Below are positions 11,211-23,695 of a stretch of 64,000 bases of DNA, piece by piece. Each line of letters begins with the position of its first letter. The first letter of the stretch is position 1. The notes under the pieces are model-generated. The model ran no database searches. It was not told the DNA's origin and was given only the letters and a program-made list of their open reading frames with translations. Location of the stretch: contig OZ336885.1 of assembly GCA_965287045.1 (NCBI GenBank), forward strand, positions 61,876,001 through 61,940,000. The letters run 5' to 3'. The stretch is from Carcharhinus amblyrhynchos (Eukaryota). The position numbers and the translations under genes are program-made.

Positions 11211-14050
11211 GAACAGGGCCCTTTCTTCCAACTTTTACATGCCAAGCTTTTTCAAAAAAGTTCGGCAGTAGACCTATTTGTCCCTTTTTTTCCATTTCCT
11301 CTCTACACATCTTACTGATATAACTGGCTAAGTGTTTTAAAAAAAGAACATAAAAATGTACTCGACTCTACTATTATCTCTTGCCGATTGTTGCACACAT
11401 CCAACACCCTCTTGTGAAAAAAAAAAATCACTTTTGAATCTCTCCCCTTCCTCCTGAATCCAATGCCCTCTAAGTTTAGACCAACAGTCTTTGGGAAACA
11501 ATGTTCACTATCTAGATGATCCATGCCTTCACTTATTTCGTGGACACCTCAAAGATCACCACGAAAGTCTCATACAGTCCAGGGGGAAACAAAAAATAAC
11601 AGTCGATCCAATCTCTTCTTAGAAATCGGACCATCAAGACGCGGTGCCATTCGAGCAAGTATTTTCTGCACTATTTCAGTTTAATAATATAATTCTGTAA
11701 TGTAGTGACCAGAACTGTATTCATTATTCCATGTGTGGCCTTATCAGTGTCTTGTGCAACTTTAACAAGGCATCATTACTCCTTTATTCAATGTTCTGCC
11801 CATTGAAACCAAATGTGCCACACGCTTTCTGCAACACTCTGCCCACCTGTGACTCTACTTTCAAGGAGATATGAGCCTGCATCCCGAGATACCTTTATTG
11901 TATAACTCTGCCATCCCGTTTTCCTCAATTAACCAAGTCATGTCTTCGTTTACCAGAATGCATTGCCTCGAAATTATATCATTTAAACTTCGTTTGCCAT
12001 TCATAAACCAACTGGCTCAGCTGATCATTATTCTGTTGCAAACAATGAGACAATGTTTACTGTTCGCTATTGCATCAATCATGGTGTCACCACAACGTTA
12101 CTAACCAAGCATCCTAAATTCTTATCAAAATCTTAAGTGTAAATCGTAAGAAAACAGCAGACCCATCACTGACCGCTGAGGCCCACCATTGGTTACAGAG
12201 CTGCAGTTTGAAAACCAACACTCCACAATCACACTATGTCTTCTCTCATCAAGCTAGTTTTGTATACAATTGGCTACCTTACCTTGGATCCCAAGGGATT
12301 GAATCTCATTGAACTGCGTACCACCAGATACCTTGACAACCTCCTTGCTACTGTCCAATTAGTCAGTATGAAGTGAACTGTCCTTATCAATCTTCTTCCT
12401 TCCCCCCACCAAAAAAACTCAAATTCGTGAGAAGTGTGTTTCCTCTCAGAAAGCCATGTCAACAGCTCGTACTGAATCGTTGCCTCTCAAAATGCCTAGA
12501 GATCATTCCCCTCAGAATATCTTCTAACACCACACTCATTACAGACTATAGGATCGCTATCTTTTCCATGTAGCCCTTCGTAAACAACAGGACAACATTT
12601 ACCACTCTCCAATACTCAGGGAATTATGTGTGGCTGTCAATAAATCAAATATCTCTGCTAGCGGATCTGGACATTTCTACCAACCTCCCACAAGATCCTG
12701 GGAAATACTTCATCAGGTCTCAGAGATGCGCTTTCGTGCTTCCAGCACTTTCTTCCCTATAATATGTACATTCCTTCGGCCATCAATATTTACTTCCCAA
12801 AGTTCGCCAATATCGATGCATTTCTCAATGACAGACAGTGATGACAAACATTAGGATCACATCCATCTTTTTTTTTGGATCCGCACATAAATCACCTTGT
12901 CGATCATTAAGAGGCCCTTCTCTCTCCCTCGACACTTAGTTGTCTCTATGTATCAGTCGAAGCTGTTTGGATTTTCCTTTGCCTTAACCACCAAAACAAT
13001 CTCGTGACTCACTTATTGCCCTCCTGACTTCTCTCTCGACTCTATTTCTACACCCTCTGTACTCTCAAAGGGACGCATTTGATCCCAGCTGCATGCCATG
13101 CACCTTACGGTTCTTCTTGACCAGGGCATTAATATTCCGATACATCCCGTATTCCCTAATTCTACCAGCTTTCCCCTTCTTTCTAAAATAAATGCACTTA
13201 CCTTGAAGCCTGGATACAACTCTTCCGAAAGCCTTCCAGATAGCAGGCGCCCCTTTGCGTGAAAATATTGTCCCGCAATAAACTTCTAAATGTTCCTGTG
13301 TCGTACCACCAAAATTGGCATTGCCACAATTTAGAATTTCAGCTTTGGGCCCGACCGAGTATTCTAACTTAAAATAATGGATTTAAGATCACTGGTCCAA
13401 AGGCGATTTCTGACTAACGCTCCTGTCACCTACCCTTCCTTATATCCCAGGAGGATGTCATGCCTTCTCTCGACTCTAGTCAGTTCATCCACATGCTGAA
13501 TAAGAAATTCGCCCTGCACACACTCAGCACTTTCTCTTCATCCATGCCTCTATCACTATAGTTTCCCCGCTCACTGTTAGAAAAGTTAAAATCCCCTCAG
13601 ATATCAGAATTCACCCCCCCCCCACCCGCCCCCGGACCTATCAGTAATCTCCTCACATATTTGCTCCTCAATTTATCGCTGTCCACTGGGGGCCTCTAGT
13701 ACAATCCTGTCAAGATGATTTTCCCTTCTTACTTCTATGTTTCACCCATATGGAGTCAGTGAGCGACCACTCACATATATCTCTTATCAATATTAATGAG
13801 AGGTCTCCCTAAAAAAAAACACAACTTCCCAACCGTTCTTACCTATGTTTCTGTCTTCCCTATTGCACTTGTATCCTGGAACATTGAGCTGGTAGCTATT
13901 TCCCTCCGTTAGCCATGTTTCAGAAATCACTATAAAGTCCCAGTACCATGAACCTATCCATGTCATGAATTCACCTGCCTTGGCCTTCAGGTCTCTTACA
14001 TTGAAATAAATGCAGTTTAATCTGGACTTCCTTTGCTTCCTTCCCTGCCT
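11211..14050 (-). mobile_element. Old CR1 LINE, degenerate, tail-to-tail with the young copy
   Basis: Decayed ORF2 3' end (FPKTVGLNLEG..., FFHKRVLDVCN) plus RT- and endonuclease-like segments on the minus strand. Confidence 0.75.
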
Positions 14051-15744
14051 TTGCCTGATTTGTCTAGTGCAAGGTGTATTGACAGACTTTCCTAATTATA
14101 GTGCTTTTTTAACATATGTGCTGTCATCAAAATATGTTCTGTCTCCCTAATTGTTTGGTTTCCACTCAAACCTCCCTGCTCAGCTGGAGTAAGCTTTTCC
14201 GAATTGCTGTTTCAAATTGGATCCTAAACCGTTAATTCAAAAAAAGAGGTTCACGGGTGAATTTTCTCACCTGCAGCTCCTAAAGCTTTTTTCAATCTGC
14301 GTATTTCTGTTGAGAAAAAAAAATACAAACGTTCCCAAGTGAAGTACTCAATCATTAAACCTTTCAGTTTAGTTACTTCAAACTTTAGGTTGTTAAGCCA
14401 GTCGGCATCACCGATATGTTATCTTTTGTCTTTTTTTTTGCTCCGTCTGGATAGCTTACCTTGTTACAATCAGCTAGTTGTAGTTATTCGTTCCAAACAC
14501 ACTTGGCGATGCCTCCTTTAGTTCACAGTATCTTTCCAGTGATCGTCTTAATCTGATTCCTCCATTCTGTCTGTGAACTCCGCATTGCACCGTTTTAAAT
14601 AACAACACGCACATATTCTCTTCAAAACAACAGTATATTTTGATATGATATTAGCAAAACAGAAACATGCCGCCAATTTCAGTAATCATCACGGTGCAGA
14701 CACGATTTGAATATCCCGCCGACAGATGGGGCCATGCCTTGCAACACCTCCTGTCTTGCTGAACAACTTATTTCATTTGGCATCGGACCACATGGAGCTA
14801 CTGCGTAAATAAACAAAACCAATTATATTCATTCGCGTCTGTCTCAGACCTGCGATATTAATCAGTTCCATCGACTAGCCAGATACAGTTAATGTCAATA
14901 GTCGCCACGCACTCCAGCGTTGTTGCCCCAGTCTTTGCGATCTTCAACTCGTAGCAATGTACCACCTGGATGCATACCAAACGGCTTACAACAAACGCCT
15001 TAAAATTTATTAGTAGCGATCAGGAAAAAACAAAACTCTTTGTTGTCCGTACTTGAAAGTACAAAAAAAACAGCCGTTTAGCTTCTTCGTTTCAAAGAGC
15101 AAATTGCAGATCCTCCAATTTAACCTCAAGAATCGAATGCTTTGAAGCTATGGGTCCTTTTGCTATTTTTTTTGAATACATATGGATAGCATTAACATTC
15201 TTCACAAGGTTTGGTGAATACAATTGCACCAAATAATTAACTTTCATCATGTTGCGAGCTCACAGGTCGTGTCGAATACAACTGTTTTTAACCTCTGTGA
15301 AACGACGGCGTCATTCTACAAAAAATGAGAAGTCTATTGTTTGGGATGCCAGTTGCTAATGATGGTCTTCCTGCGTATCTACACGCATAGAAATATTCGA
15401 AGTAAGATCTTCTGATTCTGCGAATTGAATAATATCATGGGTAATGCAATTATAGCCCAGCTTGATCTTCCCAATGCCCCAATAGCAATTGACTAGATTG
15501 TTGGTCAACTTGTCATACCGCTCTTGGTAAAAAAAATATGAATTGACATTGCCCTCATTGCTGTCGATGGAGCAATGTCAGTAATCTTGAAAAATGAAAT
15601 AATCTACATTTATTGTTTTCAATAAATTGAACATATCTTAGTTTTAAAATGTGCCTGCCACTTCAGCTGTTCACAAGTTTTTAGCCAACCCTCCAGCAAC
15701 GGCACTCTGACGCGCCCTGCAGATCATGTGCAGCTCAATAAATG

Positions 15745-15995
15745 CATCACCTTATTATAATTACCAGACTGGGGCTGTATTCAAAATATGTCAACACACC
15801 CATTCCTGCTATGATTCAGGCGAGCATTCTCTGAACTTCACTGCTTCTCAGACATTACTCGTATTTACCCTGACAAACTCACTAGGCTACACATCTTGGG
15901 ACAAAGTGCAAATTTTGCATGGTTAATGTACCTAACCTGCATCTTGTTGGGGTGATGATGTGGAGAAGCCGGGGCTAATCTGGGGCGGGTACAAT
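15745..15995 (+). mobile_element. Degenerate SINE fragment
   Basis: ttctctgaacttcactgcttctca...tttaccctgaca resembles a decayed V-SINE core. Confidence 0.4.
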
Positions 15996-16200
15996 AGGAA
16001 GCCTCACAACACCAGCTTAAATTCCAACATGTTTTTTTTGTTATCATGAGCTTTCAGAGCGCTGCTCCTTCATCAGCTGAATTGAAAGACACGTTCATAA
16101 CCATGGCTTATATAGACAGAGCCCTTGACCCAGTAAAAACTTAATTACCTGAAAAGGCTCGCAATCCAAACATTATGTTACAATTTCTACAATGTCTTCT
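15995..16200 (-). mobile_element. Penelope-like element terminus (pseudo-LTR)
   Basis: Reverse complement ...ATGTTGGAATTTAAGCTGGTGTTGTGAGGCTTC matches 51650-51690, the end of a GIY-YIG-bearing copy. Confidence 0.75.
16045..16079 (-). ncRNA. Minimal hammerhead ribozyme-like core
   Basis: CUGAUGA-A-GGAGC-agc-GCUCU-GAAA-GCUC: both core boxes, stem II and the AGCU palindrome. Confidence 0.65.
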
Positions 16201-17714
16201 GTTGATTGGTTAGCTAACTCCACATTCCTACTTATAGATGAGTGTGCCAATAATTTTGAAATCCAACACTTACATGTGTGTTTGTGGAACCAGTTATATC
16301 TAACAGTTCTGTGCGCCTCATGTTTCTTTTTTCTAACATGCAAGTGTTTATGTGTTGTCGAAACAGTAACTTGGCATCGAATTTGCTGTCTATCTGTTGT
16401 TGCTTCTGGTACATACTCCTGTAGTTTATTTCAACCAGAGTTGAGAAATCATGTTAATGGGCAGTCAAGTATATTGACTCTGTCAGTCTACGGAGATAAA
16501 TGTTATGCTGAATTAAAATATGTAATTGCATGTGGTTCGTGGATTTTCTTGCATGGAAATGCTTAAATTGCAAGATCTGTTCAAATCAATCCCTTTCACC
16601 GTGTTGATTGTGCTACATAATACAATAGCGAGTATCCTCGATATGTGTCCATTGGTCCATGTCACAGCCAATCTTCAAACTTGCCATTGATAGATACAAC
16701 TGGCCAAACTAGGCTAGTGAGTGGAATGCCAATTCTGTTCTGCATGCCTCAACGTCATTGGCTGCCTTATTTTTCCAAGGGTATCGCATAGCAGCAATAT
16801 CACTTTGATTCCAGATCCCTATGCAACTACAGTAAGAACAGAGATAGTCTTGTTTGTGACCATTGGAGTCCTTTCAAATAAGAATTATTATGATTGTTTG
16901 CCTCACCCAGTGGCTTTTGCATTTGCTGTTCATCATCTAAGGGTACTGATTCATGAACTGAAGACGAACGTTTGGCGGTATTCAGCCATTGGACTAAAGC
17001 CATTTGATAATATCTGGGCAATTGTTGAAGAAGCCAACTGCAAACATCACACAATGGTGTACCACAGTATAACACCCGCTCTGTCAGTTATGCCTGAACT
17101 GGTTTGACAGCTCTGAGATTGTGATGCTGGTGCCTGTTGCAATTTCCGAAATGCAATTGTTTGTGAGTATGCTTCTGCCGTATAATTATTTGACATATAA
17201 TATTTGTCCAACAGTGCTAGCTGCATCGGTCTGTGTCCCAGGAAATGGAAGGAGGTTTTTGCTGGTTTTACAGGGCGACATGTACGATTCGGATATCTGT
17301 CTTCCGTCCTTCTTCTGGTTTCTTTCATTGCACAGTTCCTTGCTTCTTCGCAAGCTCGCTGTCTCCCTGGAAGATTCTGCAATTGAGTAGAATGTCAAGT
17401 GCGCATCTGAAGACCCTGACTCAGGTTTCAGAAAGACACCACATTGACGACAAATTTGCAGTTTGGCAAACGGTTAACCGTTTCTGATTATCACTATTTT
17501 CGAACAATGTATTGAACTGCAAAGTGTACTGGAAGATCAAGTAAGAACTGAAAATTAGCCGGAGTTCCATTTGGTGGAACGTTGACGCTTCAATACTGGC
17601 GATCATTCGGGCAGCTCGATATCATGGACTTGCTCGACTTTCTTGCCGGAATTGTATTAATTGCATTTGCGTCCTCACGTCTATGCCGTTCGATATATTT
17701 TAGATGTATTGAAA

Positions 17715-17817
17715 TATAATGAGGGGGGCAGTGGAAGGCTGTTTTTTCTGCTCTTCTGAATGGAGGGTTGTGATAAGCAGTTTTCCTCAGGGATCATTGC
17801 TAAAAACTTTGCTGTTT

Positions 17818-17865
<48 letters not shown>

Positions 17866-18790
17866 GTACCTGGATTGATTAATAAGTTTGCGGAAGCCAC
17901 AGAGGTTGGTGGATTTGTGGATAGCGATACGCATCATCAGAGGATACAGCGGGACATAGATCAGTTGGAGACTTAGGTGGAGAGATGGTAGATGGAGTTT
18001 AATCCGGACAAATGTAATGAAATGCATTTTTGAAGGTCTAATACAGATAGGAAATATACAGTAAATGGCAGAACCGTTAAGAGTATTGAATACCAGAGGA
18101 ATCTGGGTGTACAGGTACGCAAGCCATTGAAAGTGACAATGCAGTTGGAGGAGATAGTCAAGAAGGCATAGAGCATGTTTGCCTTCATCAGCAGGGGTAT
18201 TGAATTTAACAATTGGCAAGTCATGTTGCAGATTTATAGAACTTTCTTAGGTCACACTTGGAATATGGTATTCAGTTTTGGTCGTCACATCACTAGGAGG
18301 ATGTGGAGACTTTGGACAGGGTACATAAAATGTTGAACGATGTTGCACGGTGCGGAAGGCATTAGCTATGAGGAGACGTTGAAGGTTGCACAGCGACCTG
18401 GGAGAAGTCTACAAGATTATGACAGGCATGGTCGGAGTGGATGGTCAGAAGTTTTTTTTTCCTCAGGGAGAAAGAATCAATTACTAGGGGCGTAGGTTTA
18501 AGATGTGAGGGACAAATTTCGAAGCAGAAACACGAGGAAGATTTTTTTTTTCTACAGGGAGAAGTGGGAGTCTGGGAATCGTTGCCAGGGGAGGTAGTGG
18601 AAGGCTATATAGTAGTGATGTTTCAGGTGCGTCTTGACAAGTAGGTGAATAGGATGGTAACAGAGTGATATGGACTCTGGAAGGATGGAGAGTTTTAGTT
18701 AAGTCGGCAGTGTGTCGGTGCAGGCTTGGAGGGTCAAAGGGCCTGTTCGTGCGCTGTAATTTCCTTTGTTCTTTGTTTTGTTTGTTTCTT
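17715..18790 (+). mobile_element. CR1 LINE 3' fragment, degenerate
   Basis: atggtagatggagtttaatccggacaaatgt (W.MEFNPDKC), VKKA.SMFAFISRGIEF, TTGT-rich tail; contains (AT)n. Confidence 0.88.
17821..17863. repeat. (AT)n microsatellite within CR1
   Basis: Visible directly. Confidence 0.97.
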
Positions 18791-20124
18791 TTGCTCCGCG
18801 TCCATTGGGTTATGCGGACGCCAATTGCATTATTTCGCCAGGTTTTGAGTTATTGATTGCCTTTTCAGCCCTCAATGTGCATTTCAATTCCCCATGCCAC
18901 TCTCCGGCTGTGTGATACTCGTTTGACCAGAGTTGCTTTTTTTATCTCTCTCAATCCTTATCGGTTTTGATTAGATTATTTTGAATTTACGTAATCCTCA
19001 TTACCATACAATTTTGATTGTCAATCTCTTGCCAGAGGGCAAAACGCCTACAACATGGCTAAATCAAATGGTCTAATTCCACCCCGTAGTCAGCCATTGC
19101 CAGCTGGTGCATCAGTGACATCCAGGTTGCACAATTGACTTTCAAGAGACCTTAAAATCTTATTGTGCATAAGTTTTCATACAAATTATTAAAGGGCATA
19201 TCAGCTGATCACAGTTATTTGCAAGTAATTTCTCACCTTGCCCTACTCGTGAATAATTTTACCTGTTTCTTTTCGAAGAACATTTGCCCCTATTAATATA
19301 AAAATACATACAAATGTAATAGGTCTCAAGCATTACATATCGCAAACAACAGCACGCATCATGCTTAAAAAGTAAATGAAAATAAAACTAATCAAAATGA
19401 TTCCAATATTGATTGCACATTTGTATCGTAAACCTAGAGGAACTGAAATGCTTTCAAAATATAGGACTTCGGTTTGACATGGGAGAAGAAGACGTAGACA
19501 AAAACGTTATCATCATAATTACTTGCATGAATATGTTTGATTGTAGCTGACCAGGGAGCCAAACCAACCGGCAAATAATGTAAAATATTTCGAATTTTTC
19601 GTTTGCTTTGCGACATGGAGCATATAAAACAAAATTAAATATGGTTTCCCTCGGTGGCAAATGCAATGCTAAAACTATTTAGTCAAAAGTCCAGGTAGGC
19701 TTCCTCAACTGTATCTTACACAAGTATATTTGAAACGTTGGATTAATATATTGAATCAATGAACATTTCCAGATATCCATTAGGATTTCCCAGTTAAATG
19801 CACCACTCTGTTTATAATTAATTATATCATTAAAATTGTATACAATTCTTGGTTCTGCATTCGTTGGCCATAAGTGTGAATTTACAGTCTTTGGTTATTC
19901 CCTGACCAACTCTGGGAAATTAATCGGAAATTCCTCGGATCTGCATTTTGAGCCAGATAACACAAATGTACCAGCACAACTGCACCAGGTGCTCGTGTTT
20001 TCCGAACGCTCGATCTTCCAAAATAGACTCGCCGAGTTCCACGCTGCAGATTTTTTTTTCTCTCGCGAATTCCTGTCTGACAGTTAGGAAGAGTTGAATT
20101 GAATAAGGTTCCATAAATATGACG

Positions 20125-21180
20125 ACAAAATGCTGTGAATGTTGGAATAGGGAAAAAGAAGAAACGTAAATTCTGAAAAAAAAAGCGGCAGGTCTCACAG
20201 CATATTTGGGGAAAGAGTAGTGTCGAATTTTTGTGTCAAAGTTACCCTTACTCAGAGTGGTAAAATTGTACCGCATTTTACGATATCGAACTAGAGGCAA
20301 GAGAAGTCACTGAGTTAAATACGTAACTTCGGGGGTGATGGAATCGGAGGAGCCAGAATTGCCGGGGTGGATCCCGGTTTGGGGAATTCAATTGCTCAAA
20401 CATCGTGGATTTACGGATGATTCAGATTCAAGTGTTGATTGTCCACTGGGGTTGCTACTGGAATCACTGAACTTGATTTGATCGGAGGCTGGCGGAGTGT
20501 ATCTGGTACTCAGCGTATGAGGGCTTGGAGTTCCCGGCATTGGGAGTGGAGTGGTGAATGAGGGCGGGCGGATGGGATTGCACTTCGCAGGATTACTCTC
20601 AGATATCCCATGATCACATTAAATAATTGAGCAGGGAATTCGCGTTGAATGGCGAACTCGTGCACCGTTTGTTTGTATGTGAGAAGGAGGTCGGATAATT
20701 GTGGTGTGTGGACGCCAGATATCAGCAAGATATGAGACCAATAAACGGAGAGAAATGGCTTGTTCGCATTGAGTGTTAGTTCCTGTCTGGAACTCACTTG
20801 ATAGACAGAGATGTCCTGCATTTACTGTCAAAACTGGAGCGGATTTGTCTGAAGGCAATGCGATATTAGTAATATGGAAATGTCTGAGGGCCGTCGGCCG
20901 GAAGTGGGGACCGTTTTGCGGGTCTGTGGTCTTGTCCAGGACTGAGAGTGTGGATGGGATGGGCATTTTGAGGAGCTCGTTTCCGTTGGAAAGCATCCCG
21001 AAAGTAATCGGATGTGCTAAACCGCGAGCGTGAGAGAACGCAGAAGTTGATGGATCACGTGTTTGAATTTCGGGGATAGGGGTGGAGGTGTTGAGGGGGT
21101 GGGGGGGGAGCGGGGGCGGGGAGGAGGGGTGTGCGGGACAGGTGTTGTTGTGTCGGAGGTTTTCAGGGAAGCCCAATTGT
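20125..21180 (-). mobile_element. Penelope-like retroelement relic
   Basis: ORF 20619-21176 has NGPHFRPT (cf. KGLNFVPT) and NIALPSDKSAPVLTVN (cf. IKPADKGGAVVV); 20125-20260 resembles a PLE terminus with a decayed hammerhead. Confidence 0.55.
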
Positions 21181-22149
21181 GCGTTCGCTCTGATTCTTCA
21201 TATTGTATCAGTTTATATTTGATATCGTATATCTATTTCTGTACGATCTCTAAGAACAATGATATCCCAATGGTGAAATTAGATAACGTATTTATAGCCC
21301 CAATTTGATTTTACAGTATTTTATTTTAATTATCATTTTCTGTTTTAAAAAAAATTGTTGCTTACACATAGTCATCAGAATTTCTTGCAACTCTGAAAAA
21401 TGATCACACGAATTTTTAATGATCGTTTCAAAACAAAACTGAAATGTTTACATTTATTAAAATTTACATATCCGTTTAACTGATTAGTAAATTGTATACG
21501 ACTTACATTTTCAAACCCATCTACATTGGCAGTCACATATATGGACAACCTTTGCTATCGTGATACTATAACAACTGCTGAATATCTGGTCCAGCAGTGC
21601 GTATTCTAAGCTTAAAGATATGAATGTTTATCGAAGCGGCAGAAACATTATTTTGGAAATACTATATTTGGCACAAACATACAAACAAGGGAGAAGGCAA
21701 CTTGAAGAAATTCGGAGTTCCAAGTAAAAGTACGGGATTGGTGGAAGACAATGGTTTTAGGGAGTTGCATCCAAAATTTGCTCTATTTTCTATTCAACAT
21801 TACGAGCGGAGAATACTTATGTTCTGGTTATCTTAGTTGTTGAGTAGTCATGCAAGCAAACAAATGGTAAAGGGGCGATTAGTGCAGTACTCTTACGCAG
21901 CCAAGTATGCATCATTTACCAAAGCCACAGAATTTGCTGGGGCAATCAGTAGAGAAAGAAACTGAGTCAATAAACGAGAGTATTTTTTTGATCAGAAGAA
22001 TGGTCATTTAAACAATTGATGGTTGTTTGTATTAACGACTTGAGCACATTCAAACGCAATCTTCAAGACGCACGTTTAAAGCTTCTGCAAACGATCAGGG
22101 AATATCCATCATATCAGATTCAATTCAGGCCGCCGAGCAGATTCAGTTT

Positions 22150-22560
22150 TTGAAAAGCAATCAAAGGACGGAAAGCTGCAAAACGAACTCAGGTTGAGCC
22201 AGCGTTGAGACAGATGATCAGTGGATGATGCAGCTAATGCAATTTTCGGCCCAACTTTTCTATAATACAGTGCGTCATGGTGAATCTTATCAGCTTCGTG
22301 AAGTAAATCGTGAGATGCTGTGTTATATTTTAATGACAAAAACATGTCAGAAACTGTCCATACCAAGGAAGGAAAACTTTCAATAGCTAATGAATCGATG
22401 GTCCGTTTCAAAGCAAAGGGATTAGGCACATTGGCGTGGCTTTTCTGCATAGCCCGGAGGTATTTTTAGCATTACTATTTATTCAAAAGACGACTGACAG
22501 AGATAGATTCCGAAAAACATCATTCCATTTTATGGTAACATTTTGCTTTTGCTTTAACTA
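22150..22560 (+). mobile_element. piggyBac-like transposase relic
   Basis: Collinear traces VLYFND (LHFND), LSIANESMVRFKAK (SIDESMV.FKG), AWLFC, FYGNIL (YFDNFF); frameshifted; no TIR/TTAA found. Confidence 0.6.
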
Positions 22561-23079
22561 ATCTAATTTGCCGGCCGAATAACTTGCCTCCAACCATAAC
22601 TAGGGTTCATTCTGTGCTTCTTGTAGTGCAAGCTGTTGTACTGAGCGAGTGGAGACTCTTACAACAAATGTGGTCAGCGGGAGTTAAATCTGTTACTCAA
22701 ACCAAAACCTTCTTAACGGTCTCCAGTTGAACAACACATGACGGCAAGCTGGATGCGTGGCCACCTACTTCTTTGCATTTTATACAGCTTTGGTGACAGG
22801 AAACTCACTTTTAGCTTCACCGGCTACAACGAGGTTTTGCGATTTCATTTTTACTGCGGACCACCTGCCTATGTCAAAGATCTTCTAAAAAAAAACTTTT
22901 CCCGAAAATTGAAACGGATGACACCAGAGAAGAAGACTTCATCCAATATACTGAAAACATCCAATAATTGTTTATTTTGTCAATATTGAAGATTAAAAAT
23001 GTGATATTTTGACAACATTTCAGCGCGGGACGATATTTGTTCTATCCCAATGCCTACACTAAATAAACGTTCACTCATA

Positions 23080-23525
23080 TGATTTGATTTTGAATTGATT
23101 TCATTTGATTTATTGTTACCACGTGTTAAAACCTGTTTCTTGGGACCATACAGAGAAGTAAACAAGAAAGTCCAAAAAGGAAATGGAAATGTCATAGCGA
23201 GGGCGTAGAGAAATATCAACTTAATGCAAGGTACATTTAAATGTTTGACCGCAGCAGGGAAGAAGCTGTTCTTGAATCAGTTTGTACGCGACCTCAGACT
23301 TGTATATCTTGTTTTTAACGGAAGAAGATGGAAGAGAGAATGTCCGAGGTACGTGGGGCCCTCAATTATTCTGGCTGCTTTTCCAAGGCAGCCGTAAGCG
23401 CAGTGAGAGTCAATGGATTTACGTGATGATCATTTACGAACATCACGCTGCATTTGCGGACTTTATAGTTCGTTGCTGTCTTGGGCAGATCAGGAGCCAT
23501 AACAAGTTCTGATTTACCAGCCGTG
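23080..23525 (-). mobile_element. Rex1/L2-type LINE 3' fragment nested in the Gypsy gag
   Basis: gatttgattt tail and gcagcagggaagaagctgttcttgaatc, similar to 31590-32330. Confidence 0.6.
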
Positions 23526-23619
23526 GATAAAAAAAAAAGCAGCTCTAAATGAATCTCCTCTAACCCCAACCCCCCTCCCACTCTCCGTTCCCCAGAGCCC
23601 TGCACACAGGCATTCTCCC

Positions 23620-23695
23620 TCTCACACGCGTACACACAGACATACACACAGACATACACGCGCGCCCACGCACACAAAGCCATGCACACATACCC
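23620..23695. repeat. Imperfect (CA)n microsatellite
   Basis: Visible directly. Confidence 0.8.

Larger units (their letters stand above)
14450..17550 (-). mobile_element. Very old Gypsy/Ty3 LTR retrotransposon relic
   Basis: Hand-translated traces in pol order: CITHDIIQFAESE (YxDD-like, ~15440), KVNYLVQLYSPNL (RT connection, ~15230), AVWYASR (RNase H, ~14975), AWPHLSA (IN-like, ~14725); interrupted by SINE and Penelope pieces; each match is weak on its own. Confidence 0.45.
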
